From NCBI RefSeq assembly GCF_000181795.1, contig NW_003526943.1:8597472-8661471 (forward strand): DNA of 64,000 nucleotides, read 5' to 3'. The position numbers and the translations under genes were made by a program. Each line of letters opens with the position of its first letter. The stretch's first letter is position 1. The notes under the pieces are model-generated. The model did not search any database. It was not told where the DNA came from and was given only the letters and a program-made list of their open reading frames with translations. Positions 1-12,800 of this stretch are shown piece after piece. The stretch is from Trichinella spiralis. Its lineage: Eukaryota.

Positions 1-27
1 TATATTTAAATTGAAAAATATTCTAGA

Positions 28-652
28 CTGAATTTGAATTATCGATTTCATCTGCTCCAGTAGTGTCATACAAAGAAGCTCAAGTTGTGAATATGATGTG
101 AGAAATTGCCATTTTGCATTCATACTTGTACTTATTCAAAGTACCATGCATTGTCGTTTTGTCAAAACTGCAGTCGATTGTAGAAAATGCATTAATTTTC
201 AGCTCGATTAGTTCAATGCAGACTACATACTTATGTAAATCAAAATTTCATCTCATAAAAAGCATTTTTTTTAAAATAAAATTAACAGTTTATCCAGATT
301 TATTATTTTTTCTTGAAATTAGGATCCGTGAAACGGAGAAGAGAGGTGCTGTTTCTATTTGGCGGATTTTAATAATAAGTGTTTCATCTGTTCAAACAGC
401 CACCCTTATTATTATTCGGCGTTGTGTGTTTTTCCTTTTCATGAATTTGAGAAATCTTATTGAGGCTAGTTGGACTATTCTAAATTTGGAAGATTTATTG
501 AACATTTTTGTTCATAGGCAAGGCAGTATCTCTCATTTATGAACAAATTCTTGAATCATCTTCAATTGATAGTTGAAAATTTATTCCACGAATATGAATC
601 AGATGATGAAGAAAAGAATAGTCACGTTGTGAATGATTTGTTTAAAATGTGA
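28..652 (+). CDS. Possible 3' exons of an unidentified gene, lying in the region upstream of the beta-mannosidase last exon
   Basis: AG-flanked open segments with AT-rich spacers. The clearest is 518-652, ARQYLSFMNKFLNHLQLIVENLFHEYESDDEEKNSHVVNDLFKM*. No family recognised and the splice model is uncertain. Confidence 0.25.
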
Positions 653-1231
653 AAAAATAGTTTCTTTTTTCTTAAATTTATTGACTGACATTCGTTTGCA
701 TTCAACAATTTTATATGCATGCGGTGAGATTGTGATGAAAATTGTTGGTTGATTGAATCTGCAGAGGTTTGATTTGTTATATATTTATTTACGTGGAATA
801 TTTGAAGATGACTCAAGTTAGCTTATAAAAGCTGAGAAATTGCGAATTTTACTTCGACATGTTTTTCGTCAATTGTTTCCAGTCGTTGGTTTTTCCAATG
901 CATTGTAAATTTCAATCAAGCAGGAAAAAATATTGGTAGAAATTTTATATGTTTTTCTTGGGAGGGGAGGGGTTGTTTGGGTTTGTTCTTGGGAAAAATT
1001 GATTTTTCATAAGCGGTGATGAATATAAAAAAAGAGAAGTGTATGTTGCTGCGTTGTGCAGTGATGTGGATTGGAATATTTGTATTTCCTCTTTCATCAT
1101 CGCTTTTTGCAACAGTTTGGATCTTGAAAAGATGTTATGATTGCCGCTTCTTATGATTTGATAATGCAATTGTAAAAACCGAACCTGAAGTAAATTGGGG
1201 GAAAATATTTGCATTTTTTTTCATTTTTTAG

Positions 1232-2321
1232 CGGCGGTATTGCCGACGATCCGAACAGTGATCTGTACGGTGATGTGCATTTTTATGATTACATGAGCGA
1301 CATGCTGCGCGATGACAATTATCCAATACCGAGATGCGTCAGCGAGTTCGGTGTTCAATCGTTGCCAGATTTGGAGACTTGGCGCAGCGCCGGCGTGGAC
1401 CCAGACAGTGCGAAGCTGTTCAGCGCGGAGGTTCTTCACCGTCAGCATCATCCGTTGGCTCATTTTTCCATGCTCCAGCAGACGATGAGGCATTTTCCAC
1501 TTCCGGCTCAGAACAAGAGCACATTGTCCACATACGTTCTGCTCACCCAACTCCACCAGGCGTTGGTCTACAAGACGGCCGTGGAACACTGGCGCCGGTG
1601 GAGGCACCGCCTGGACGAGAGCACCGGTCGCGGTTGGACATCCTGCGTTCTGTACTGGCAGTTGAACGACATCTGGCAAGCCCCGTCCTGGTCCACGGTC
1701 GACTACGGGTTGAAATGGAAACTGGCCCACTATTACGCGGTGAAATTCTACGCCCCGCTGTTGGTCACGGCTAATTGTTCGTCGACAAGCGGGCGCTGTT
1801 CCGTGTTCGTCGTGTCGGATTTGACTTTCCAACTGGTGAACGTGACGGTCGAGGTTCGTTTCTACTGTTGGGATTGGCCGGACCCGTTGGCTTCGATCAA
1901 GCGGCCGGTCGGGTCGGTGCCTCCGCAGGGTTCACTGTTGGTATTTGAATTCCCATTTGGGAATTTTTTCCACTTGGTCACGTTGGCGGTGTTGAACAGC
2001 TCCACCGGCTTGCCACTGGGACCCGTGAACACGCACTTGTTGACCAAGATACCCCGCCTGGACGGGGCTGAAGTTGGCAAGGTTGAGGTGGTTGGATTGA
2101 AAGCGTTGGCCGACCGACGATTTCTGATCACGTTGAGAAGATTTGGACCGATTGTTCCGTTCGTCTGGCTCCGGGCCGACAATCTGACCGGATATTTTTC
2201 AGACAACGGTTTTGTGATGGTCGATCGACGCTTGCTCCTCACATTTCAATCTTACAGTCAAATTTCGTTGTCCAATTTCCGCAGTCAACTGCGCATTACA
2301 ACTATTGCTGATGTATATTAA
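1232..2321 (+). CDS. MANBA: Beta-mannosidase (GH2), terminal exon only; upstream exons are outside the window
   Basis: Acceptor TTTTTTAG ends at 1231. Motifs YGDVHFYDY, PRCVSEFGVQS (nucleophile Glu region), HRQHH, LYWQLNDIWQAPSWSTVDY, WKLAHY and FSDNGF. Stop TAA at 2319-2321. Confidence 0.93.
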
Positions 2322-2433
2322 AAAAAAGAAAACCAGGAGCAAAACTTTTTTCATTTGATTCGATATATATTGTTTCATCGATGAAATATATTATTTTTTT
2401 TTATTAACTTCGATCACTGTTTATTAATTTGAA

Positions 2434-2441
2434 TTTTTCAG
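2434..2441 (+). promoter_or_regulatory. Putative trans-splice acceptor for CNK (operon-type intercistronic region)
   Basis: TTTTTCAG lies 30 nt before the CNK ATG and 120 nt after the mannosidase stop. The spacer is U-rich, with no obvious donor or promoter. Confidence 0.5.
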
Positions 2442-2471
2442 CATCATCTGTCCATTTGTTTTGCATTTTTG

Positions 2472-5400
2472 ATGATAACCGGCGAACGGGACTTGGTGTC
2501 ATTTGTCGACACAGTCAGGGACTGGTCAGTGGATGATGTAGCCCAATGGCTCGTTGGTAAATTACAAATGCAAATTTTTATCCTAATTAATTTGTTGTTA
2601 TTTTTGTTTTTGTTGTTGTTGTCTATGTTTTTATTTATTCAGGCTTGGACGAGACTGTTGAACCGTTCAGTGTGAAACTGTGCAATGCATTTGTCGACGG
2701 ACGTCGTCTGCTCTTGTTGACCGCCAGTGATTTGGTCGAATTGGGTGTGGACAATTTGATCAGTCGGCAAATTATTGTCAACGCCTTGAACTTACTCGTT
2801 AATTTGGTATGAAATGTAAATTTTGAAAAGAAAATAATTTTTTTGTTTAAGATGTACATTTGAGCCGTTTTTAGAGCATATTATAATTAATATTCTACAA
2901 ACTAACTTTCATATTCTGCTAATATTATGCTATGCGATAATTGTAGTGCTTTGAAATGGATTCGGAGAATTTGCAGTCAATCGCTTTGCAACTTGGTGCT
3001 TTTACTCGTAACGTGATGAACAAACTCTACGCTCAGCAAAGTCAATGGTCTCGGAAGAGGACAAATACCAAATTACAATCAATGCCAAATACGGTACTTT
3101 CTGAGGTTGCCTGTCTTGCTGGCCAAGCGAAGAAATTTCTTTTCTGGTTGGACAGGTATGCAGTGATGTGTATGCAAATATAATCAATTTATAATTTGTA
3201 TTACTTTCAGAGAACCATTCAACACTGACGAACAGTTTAAAGTTACACGGAATTCTGTTCTTCATTTGGTGGTGCAAATTGTACAGTTGGCCCAGATGCC
3301 CAGTGACGATCTTTGCGATGTTGCTAGAAATGTCCAGATGTTGGTAGGGGGTTTCAAATTATGATTTGTCGATTGATTTTATTCATTCGACGACAATTCT
3401 ACTTTAGTGTACTCAGCTTGCTGCAATTTGTGATGAAATTGTGGAAAATTCCGCTGATCCGTTAGTTTTGCAAACCGCATTTCTCGAGACGGTATTAATT
3501 AGACGGCACAGTGTTGACGATGAATTGGTATTTATTTATTTGTTGAGATAAATTTTTGTTTTATTTTGTGGTTGATTTTTTCAACAGGGATTCAACATTG
3601 AAGCTCCGTACAAAGGGGTGCACATGATCAGCGAAGTGAAGTATCACTCCCCTGTCGACGTTTGTGGCAAAGTGCATGCCGGCGATGAAATTGTCCAAGT
3701 CAACGGACGAACTGTGGTAAACAAATCGCATCAGAGCATCGGATTTTCATATTTTTAAATTTTAAATTACCGACTATTGTGTTGAAAATTGATTTTCAGG
3801 TTGGCTGGCAAGTGAAGTCGGTGGCTTCGTTGTTGATAGCTTGCAAAAGTAAAGAAGTTACACTGCTGTTGAAAAAGAGACCCAGACAACATTTGGGTAT
3901 GATGAAAGCTCGCAACTCGAACACCTCCTATCCGGTGATCAGTTCATTGCCGGCAGCGTCGCCGAGAATGACCAAAAAGCCTCGTCGTTCCAACAGTTTG
4001 GGCTATTTGCATGTAACCTTTGAAAAGATGTCCATTTCAAAAGGCGACGACATCCCGTATAATTTGATGTTTGCTTCGCAAGGTTAATTATTTTCTTTTT
4101 CATTATTGTCTCTTGCAGAAACGACTCTTGCGTGCAATCGTATCCGTTGACTGAGGCTTGCAGCAAAGCGTTCGCTTTGCCTTCGGAATCGTTCATCAAG
4201 TATCAAGACCGTCGACGCGCCACAATCGCCACCGGTATGTGTTGATCAGTTTGCCCATTTTGCATATTTATAAATTGCAATTAAACTTGTATTTCGTATT
4301 TTGTGTTGTTCCAATTGAGCCTGTTTGTGCAGTTGAGGATAGCAGGAAGGGAATGAATGTTTAAAATGAAATACGTTGATGAGTTAGTTTATTTCACTGA
4401 TATAATAATCGTTTTTCTTCACTTGTTCGTTTGTTGATCATGCTTGTAGAGGAATCTGAAAGGGAGCATGGCAAAGAGTTGGACTGTGGGCTGATGAAGC
4501 AGCAGAGAAGACCATTTTCTGAGGCGTTTTTGTCCGTCATTGCACCCAATCACAGCGACTTGAATAAGCTGAATTTGAATTACGTGGACGAAGAAGAGAC
4601 GGACGACGAGGAGATCGGCGACGAGAGGTACAGTGACGAGGTTGGGATTGAAGACCAAAGTATGACGAGGTTGGATGGGCGCCGTTTGGAGGGCAGTTTC
4701 CGTTACGCGACCGTGGAACTGGCCGACGAGAAGCAGTTAGCCGATCGCGGTATCCGTCTGGCGTTCACGTCGGCCGACTGGGAACAGAGAACTAAAACAG
4801 CAAGTAGTAATGCAGACCATCGGCTAGTTGCTAGCCCGTCCGCGTGCGACAGTTGTGACAAAGCTGGTGTTCCAAGGTTTTCGACTAGACGAATGAGCGA
4901 TCTGAGTGTGGAGATGCCGCTCAGTTGCAGTTTGTCCTCGCCGGCGCCGACGGATCTTGTCGATTTGGACGATGACGGTTTGATGTCGGCAAGTTTCCGC
5001 AGTTGTGGGACCACGCCTTTGATTTATCCAAGATCACGCCTCAAGTTGAGGAAATTTTTCGGCGAAGCTTTCGACACTGCCGGTGAATCTAGATGGTATT
5101 TCGACGCAGGCTCTACTACTACTACTACTGGCGCTGCTGCTGCTGCTTCTGCTGCTGCTACTACTACTACTGCTACTACCACTATTACTACTACTACTAC
5201 TACTACTACTACTAGAACTGCTACTGCTATTGATGCTGCTACCTCAAATAATAACAGTTGGAAATGTTTTTTTTGTTATATTCATTTATTTTGTTTATTT
5301 GTTGTACCTGTTATTTATTTAATTGAAAAATTGTTTTGTTTTTCAGATATAACGGATGTGGATCTCTCGTCGCCAAGAACGTATACTGGTGTCAATTTTG

Positions 5401-6443
5401 AAGGATGGGTTTATCAAGCACGTTGCGAAGGGATTCGAACGCGTCACTCCATCCACAGATGGGTGAAACGATGGCTCGTACTCAAAGGTGTTTTCTTGTA
5501 CATTTACGTTGACGCCGAAGTACGGTGACTTTGTTTTTCTAAAAGCATTCTAAATTACGAAATTTGAGATTTTGTAAATTCGAATTTGAATTTTTTTTGT
5601 TTCAGAGTTTTCAACCCGATCTAGTGATCAAGCTTTCCAAATGTAAAATTTGTCCACCCGGCCCGGAGATGAAGACCCGGAAAAAGAAGTAAGCTTTTTA
5701 CATTCTCTTTTCTTATTATTTCTGCTATTCTTTTTTTTATACAATTAGTTATTTTTTGTGTAATTCATATATTCTCTACTGTACAGTCGCAACGATCGCA
5801 ATCAGGGTAAGCTGTTGATGTTTCGTCAGTAATTTTTGTCCCGTTTTGCAGTGTCGTATTGCGTATATTATTTATAAGATTATCACTTTTTATTATAAAA
5901 ATAAATACTTTATCATTTTTCAACATTTCATATCACAATCTGTGGTTGCATGGTAGCCTAGCAGAGAAGTTCTGAATGTTGTGTTTATTAAAATTGATGA
6001 TTTTTTTTGTAACACTCAATATATCGAAATGATAAGAGGTGAAAAATTGCTGTTCGTATTTCGAACTTTGCAACGTTTAATTTCGTTTGTTTTCAAGTAA
6101 TTGTGCTTTGCAAATTGATTATTTAGCTTTTTTTTTCATTGGTTTTTGTGTTTTGAAATGTAATTTTGTTGATTAATTTTCATTTGTTTGTTTGTTTTTT
6201 AGTGTTTTCAAAATTCAGAATGAAGATATGATTTTGTATTTCAAATGTGAGCATTACCACGAGATGCTTTTGTGAGTGATTTTGTTTGGTTTCACTTTTT
6301 CTTATCACAGTATGTATAAATGTATTGTTTTTAGATGGTTGAAAAAGCTTGGCTTGGCTGCGATCGGTTATGTTGATTCAGAACAGCTTGTTCATTGTCA
6401 CCATCGTGCTTCGGCGGGTGTTGCTCCATCTGTAACGTCGTAA
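2472..6443 (+). CDS. cnk-1: Connector enhancer of kinase suppressor of Ras (CNK): SAM-CRIC-PDZ-PH scaffold, multi-exon
   Basis: SAM ([26 protein letters not shown]), CRIC ([17 protein letters not shown]), PDZ ([36 protein letters not shown]), RRRAT motif and PH ([28 protein letters not shown]). About 13 GT-AG exons; stop TAA at 6441-6443. Confidence 0.9.
5113..5240 (+). repeat. Compound trinucleotide microsatellite (ACT)n/(GCT)n in a CNK intron
   Basis: Directly visible ACT and GCT runs. Confidence 0.9.
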
Positions 6444-6807
6444 ACTCAATCAATTAATCTATATATATATTGTTTCTGTTTATAATTTTGTTGCTGTTAT
6501 TGTTATTGTTTTTTTCTTGTTGTCACTGATGATAATGATGATGTAAGGGTTGTTTCGACGATTTTTAAAAATGCTTATCCACAATGTATTGATGCTGATG
6601 ATTGATGGTTCGTTTTATATCAAACGCATTTTTGCATTTTTTAATATTATAAAGCAAGAAGGAAAAAAACTGCAAAAGATGAACAATATAGAAAACAATG
6701 AACACATTTGTTGTTGTTGTTGTTGTCGCTCTCTGTAGAGGGGACGGTAGTTGCATTTCGAGGGGTTGGCAATGTGTGGAGCACAAGATTTTTGTAACAG
6801 ATGCTGT

Positions 6808-9800
6808 TCATGCGTAACCGTTTGTTTGTTGCTTTTCAACCGATCCTTTGGTACTGATCTGCAAGGGCAGCTTAAAGCTGAACAATTTGTCGAACAGATT
6901 GCGGAACTGTGACGGTTGCCTCGTGGAGCCGGACTGGTCAGGCTGCGCTGTTGGACTAGTTGTACCGTTGTCTGAGTTGGGTTCAGCAGTTTTGGAACCG
7001 CCTAGTCGGAGATCAGCAACGCTGATGAACACGGGCAAGAAGAAGATGCCGTGCATGACGCCGATCAGTATGATCAGCAGTACTGTTTTGCAAAATGCGA
7101 CGAACATGTACGACTGGACGTCGGCCAGCACGACCACACCCAGAACAGTCGACAGACCACCTTGGACAATTGGCCATCCGAGGTTGCCCAGGGCGATGCG
7201 TATGCGATCTTTGCTTCGGTTGCCGTCGTTGATCGCGTACGAATAGGCAATGTGAGCGCTGAAGTCGACCGAAAAGCCAATGCTCATGATCAATGTGATC
7301 ATGGTGATGCAGTCGATACTCAAACCCCAGAGCGTCATGTAACCAATCACGCCGACGTCGATCGACGCCATCGCCACCGTCACCCACAGGGTGCCCAGAG
7401 GATTCGGTATGAAAAGCAGCGCAATGACGACCATGCACAGCATCCCCGAGTACAATTCTTGGAACACGTTCGGCAGGACCTGTTCATACTGGTCGATGAA
7501 TGGCCACAGCAGCTGATAGCAGCTGATGTTGTACTGCGGATATTGGTCGGCAATGGCTCTCAGTTGGTCCAGTGTTTGCATTTGTTGTCCGGCAGTGTGG
7601 AAATCACGAATTGCCATAGTAAAGCGAAAAGCGTCGATTTGGACAATCGTATCGTTGATCGCCGTCCAGTGCACGTCGGACATGTACCTGTTGGACGGGT
7701 AGAGTTGAAAAAAGACGGCCAAGTGGTCGAAAAATTGCTCCCTGCTCAGTTCGTCCATGTAAATTCGACTGTACAACGGCAAGAAGCGGTCGAACTCGAG
7801 CAGCCAAAAGTCGAGCCCTTCGACGCCCGTGCCGTGTTCACTTTCGGCAAACCGCTTGACCAGTTCGACAATTTCGAAACGGTTGCTTGGATCGCTGACG
7901 TCGCCCGGATTGTTGAACGAAAACTGCACAACGGTGCCGTATCTCCAGAAATACTCTTGCAGTTTCCTGTAGAATTTTGTAGCGTAGGAATTTTCCACCA
8001 ACAAATTTACCGGCTCCAGACCCTCGCGGACCTGCGTACAGCCGTAAACCGCCACCGCGAGGTAGGCCACGTAGAGCAGTGTCACGAACACTTTGCTGAA
8101 ATTGTTGGTCAAAAATGGCGCATACGAATCCATGAACCAGGAACTGATCCGACTGCCGGTTTTCCACGCGTGCTGGGACTGTGAATTTGTCGAAATGACA
8201 CCGTTATTATTATTATTATTGTTGTTGTTGTTGTTGTTGTTGTTGTCATTGGCATCAAACCCTGGTCGACCGTGATTTGTCAATGTTGACGAACCAACGC
8301 AAAACAACTTTCGCAGCCAATCATTTTCATCTGATTTCAAAATGACGAATGAAACAAAACTGTCTTCTTTCGAGACTAACAGAGAAACAATTGAGCAAAA
8401 AACAAAAACTTACTCAACTGTTTGATGGAAACAGTGTTGAAACATGGCAGCAAAGCGTGTTTGCCTTTTTCCTCATTTCTCGCGTGAAGAACCATCAGTC
8501 CAAGCAAAAATGTCAGCTGATACAAAAATGAAATCATTATCGCCACGCAAGTGTACAAGCAAAACAGTTGGACGGCTGGAAAGTCAGTTAAATAACCTAC
8601 AGCAAAACTGATCACATCCGTCAGCACTGTAATTGTGATCGACACTGCCGCTTCAGCCATCGCATCGGGGATGCGACTTTCAGCCGCGATCGACGGCTGC
8701 GTGTGGGACATTGCAGAGAGCATTAGAAATGTATTATCCAATCTCACGGCTGAAATGACTGACTATTACGTTACGATAATTTCATTAATCAAATAATGAA
8801 CTCACATATGACAAGAAACGGCATGACAGCTACAACTTCACAAAAGTGAACCTTCAACAAGCTGAGCAAACCGACCGCAGTTGAAACGCCCATGCCGGCG
8901 CTGAACACTCCGGCTACTGCCAACCACGGTGCGCTGCGGTTCCAGTCGATCACGTAACAGCCGTTGTCTTTTTTCAACAAAGAAATTGTGCACACTGTGG
9001 CGAAGGTGATCAGCACGACGAAGCAGGCGGTGACTCGTGGTGCCAAGTTTTGACCATTCTTCGACAACTCCACGTCCAGAGTCTGCGAATGGGATATGGC
9101 CACGTCGATCAACACGCTCGCGTTCACCAACCTCTCCGCCGTCAACTTCCGTTCCAGCTCCCTCTCCCACCGACCGCTCAGGTAGCGGTCCAGCGGATCC
9201 TCGTAGCGGAGCTGGTAAATCAACATCCAAGCTTTGGCTTCGCTGACCACGTCACTGCGACCGCTGACCTCACCGTTGCCATTCAACGTCACCACTCCGC
9301 CCAGCGTTTGGCCCAAGTACATTTCGTGGTGGGCAATTTTCGCCTTGGGAAACGTCAGCCGGCCGAACACCTCCGGCTCTTCGATCATCCTCTTGATCAT
9401 CTCCACATGCTGATTTTCGAAACACTGGCCATACGAATCGATGCACAACGTGCGATAGGTGAATCTTTCGCCGTTATCTTCAATCTGAACAATTTCACTT
9501 TTGTGTAAAAGTAAAATTTAAATAAAATTTACTTACTTATTTATTTCGAATGATAATTGTTTGTGCATTTTCAATATAGTAAGTACAAAAGAAAAGAATG
9601 CTACTGACTATTTTTGTCATTTTGATGCAATATGATTATTATTTTTATCAGATTTTAACGCTACAGTAGTAATGATGATAAATAAATTCACTTGAATCAT
9701 TTCATTTGCCAATCAACATGACACTTTACCATTCACTAAAATAACTACCTAATGAGGTGAATAAAAGCAAGGAAAAAAAGTCAAAAATGATATTTTTAAT

Positions 9801-12800
9801 TTGACCGTTTATTATTCAAAAAAGTGTTTTCTTTCAATTTTAAGTATATTTATTTTTTGATACTATATATACTGATGATATGCTGAAGAATTAATTTCCT
9901 CGTCAGTGTTTACTAAACGTCGTCGAAGATGTCGCTTATGAGAAAGCTACTTCACGCTCTATTTGTACACTTCAAGAAGAAAGAAGCGCGAAAATGGAAA
10001 ATTACTCAAGAATACAAAAGTGTTGATCAGAGCAAAACGGCCACAAAGTTCTTATCTGCATCTGGTTGCATCAACTGCTGCTTTGACTGCTGTTTGGTCA
10101 GAAGACGTTCAATTAAAACAGGAAGAGAATACTTTTACAATTTCAATAAAACCATCCATTGACAAATAAATACTGTAATGTGGAAAACTAATGCCATCAC
10201 AGTTTACTGCTATGATTGAAATTTCCAACTATACCATAACTGGGAATATTTTCTCAACAGATCTGCATAAACTTCTAGAGGAAATTTTTCATTTTAAATA
10301 TTAAAAATATATTCTGATAAATAAAATATTCATATTTTGTTATATTAAATAATTTTATTTTTTCATTTAAAAAAATGAATAATTTCATACACTGAATGAA
10401 TAATTGAACAATGAATGAGCAATTCAGTTAACAAGGTGCTATGGAAGTAGTGGAAACAAAACAAGTAAGTTATCATTAATTTAGCTGCCTTTAATAATTG
10501 CATTATTTTGCCTAAATTTATTTGAAACGTGTTCAGTTGAAAAATACAAATTATTATTTGGAAATTTCTAAATTTAATTTATTCATCTGCACTGTGGATA
10601 GGGAAATTTGCAAAAATATATATGCAATTCGGTAAAAGTTGTCAGCACAGTTCATATGGTCAAGGACTTTTTCATGCTTTAGCGTTTCATAACCTCCTTA
10701 CAATGGCAGTACTATACATATTTCAGTGCTCATTTTGATGAAATTCTTTTTTTTTTCTTCATTACCATTATGCTATATTTGTTGAATAAATTGAATTGAC
10801 ATTTCTTTTTTTACAACACAACTGTTGCAAGATTTTTTGTCCAAGCAGTTGATTAAAGCAAGACACAAAAACATTCATTTTTTATAAACTTTTTGCACTG
10901 TGTCGCATTAAAAAAATATGTTTCTTAATGGTAAATATTTTGTACTTCAAAAGTGAGTTGTGTTTTGTTCTTCATTTGCAAAATTTACTTGACAAATGTA
11001 GTGCACCGTTTCTCATCACTGTCACTTTTATAGCTTTGTCAGATTGTATTTGAATTTTTAATAATTAATTTTCATTTATCAATTTTTTTAATTAAGTGAC
11101 AAATATTAAAATAAAAAAGCACTGAAGTCATGAATATTTATTATAATTTCTTGTACTGCAATTGTATTTTAAATTTTACTTCACTGAATAATCTGAAATA
11201 TTATTTTGAAATGCAGTTAACTTTGTAAAAAAACAGAATGTTCACATGTACATTAATCTTTTACTGAAGTTATTTTTGTAATTTCCTTCACCTCTGATAA
11301 AATCAAACAGATAAGCAGCTTGTCTGCTAGCTGTCAAAAAGGAATGCCACTCTAACTCAGTAGTTGCCATTGAAGCGTCAGAATAAATCTTCAGATACAG
11401 AAATAATTTAACCTTGTTTACCTATAATTTGATCAGTTCTGCCCCAGTCTTTGGTATATCAGCTGTTAAGCTTAATTGGACATACTGCCAGAATGAACAA
11501 GGTCATGCAAGAATGCCCTGATGCAGTGGGTAACGCGTTCGCTTGATTGTTCAAGCGTGGATGTTAATGTTACACATTAAATTTTACTACAATAAAAATT
11601 ATATTGAAAATAAGAAGTGACATCAGAAAAATTTTGTATAAAATGTTAATTTCAATTCAACATTTGAACATCTATTTGAAGTGATAATTTTATATACTGT
11701 AGGGGACTTTGAACTGCTATTGTAAAAAGATTACAAAATTTTGATTCATTGATTTCATTGAGCATTCATTTGCTTTTAAAACTTTTTGTGCAACATAAAA
11801 TTGTAGTGCTCTTTTTTGTCAAGCTAATTACATACTTGGAAAATCGTGTGGAAAAAATTTTATTGACTTTTTTAGCATGGCATTTCATAAAGTTTAACAC
11901 TTTTTGATAGGAAGAAAAGTGGGAGTGCCATCTTTGTGGGAGAACCTGATTGTGGTCAATTTCAAACCTTTCCGCCCACAATAGGTTACGTCTTTATGAC
12001 AGAACAGTCAGAACAAGCACCTCCAAACAAAAAATTAAAATTGCTCATGTCATTGAATTTACAAGTTATGAAGAAACTGAATAACGTTAAAGCTGACAGA
12101 CAGCATGGCGCGGCACTAGTAAACAATGGCACTACTGAAATTTTGCACATTTCCCATTTATTTTATCATTAAATTAAACTGAATCATTATCGAAAATTTA
12201 TATTTCAAACATTTTATAAAAAATTATAAAATAAACTTTTATTATATAAACCTCGTCTGATATATTAATGAATCGTAATGAATGCACTCTGCACATGAAT
12301 GATTTATGTTTAGAGATTATTTTGCTAACATAATAGCATTTTATGAAATTTCCAAACTGAAAAAGAATAAAATTGCAAATTTGAATTTTAATTAAATAAA
12401 TTACGCTTAAAAATACTGCAGATATTCTGCATGCAACACTGTAAAAGTAATTTTAAAAGTATAACTTTGAAAAACTTTATTTCTATTCTAGTTCATATTT
12501 CATTTCAATTTCTTTTGAGACATTTCTCATTTATATGTTAAGTGTGCAAACTTTATTCTTTTCATTTTGCATGTAAAATAAGTAGATTTTTAACTGCCAC
12601 TGTGAATTAACTGTTTCCTTGAAACTGCAGTAATAATCATGCATTTGTAAGTTTTTATTAAATTTAACATATTTATTCTAGTTTTATGATTATCTTTTCT
12701 GTTTAAGTTCAATAAAGTCATGAAAAATTAATGCTTTATTTCATCTTAATTAATTCTATAGCTGGATATTAATATTTTCTCAATTGCATAAAAATACCTT

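Noticed and set aside
1221..2242. Antisense and alternative-frame ORFs over beta-mannosidase
   Set aside because: Shadow ORFs of a GC-rich exon.
5083..5322. Poly-Leu 79-aa ORF resembling a signal or TM peptide
   Set aside because: Frame artefact of the (CTA/CTG)n microsatellite.
7051..8184. 377-aa plus-strand ORF overlapping the PTR last exon
   Set aside because: Codon-aligned antisense shadow of a GC-rich exon. Its composition mirrors the complementary codons and no domain is recognisable.
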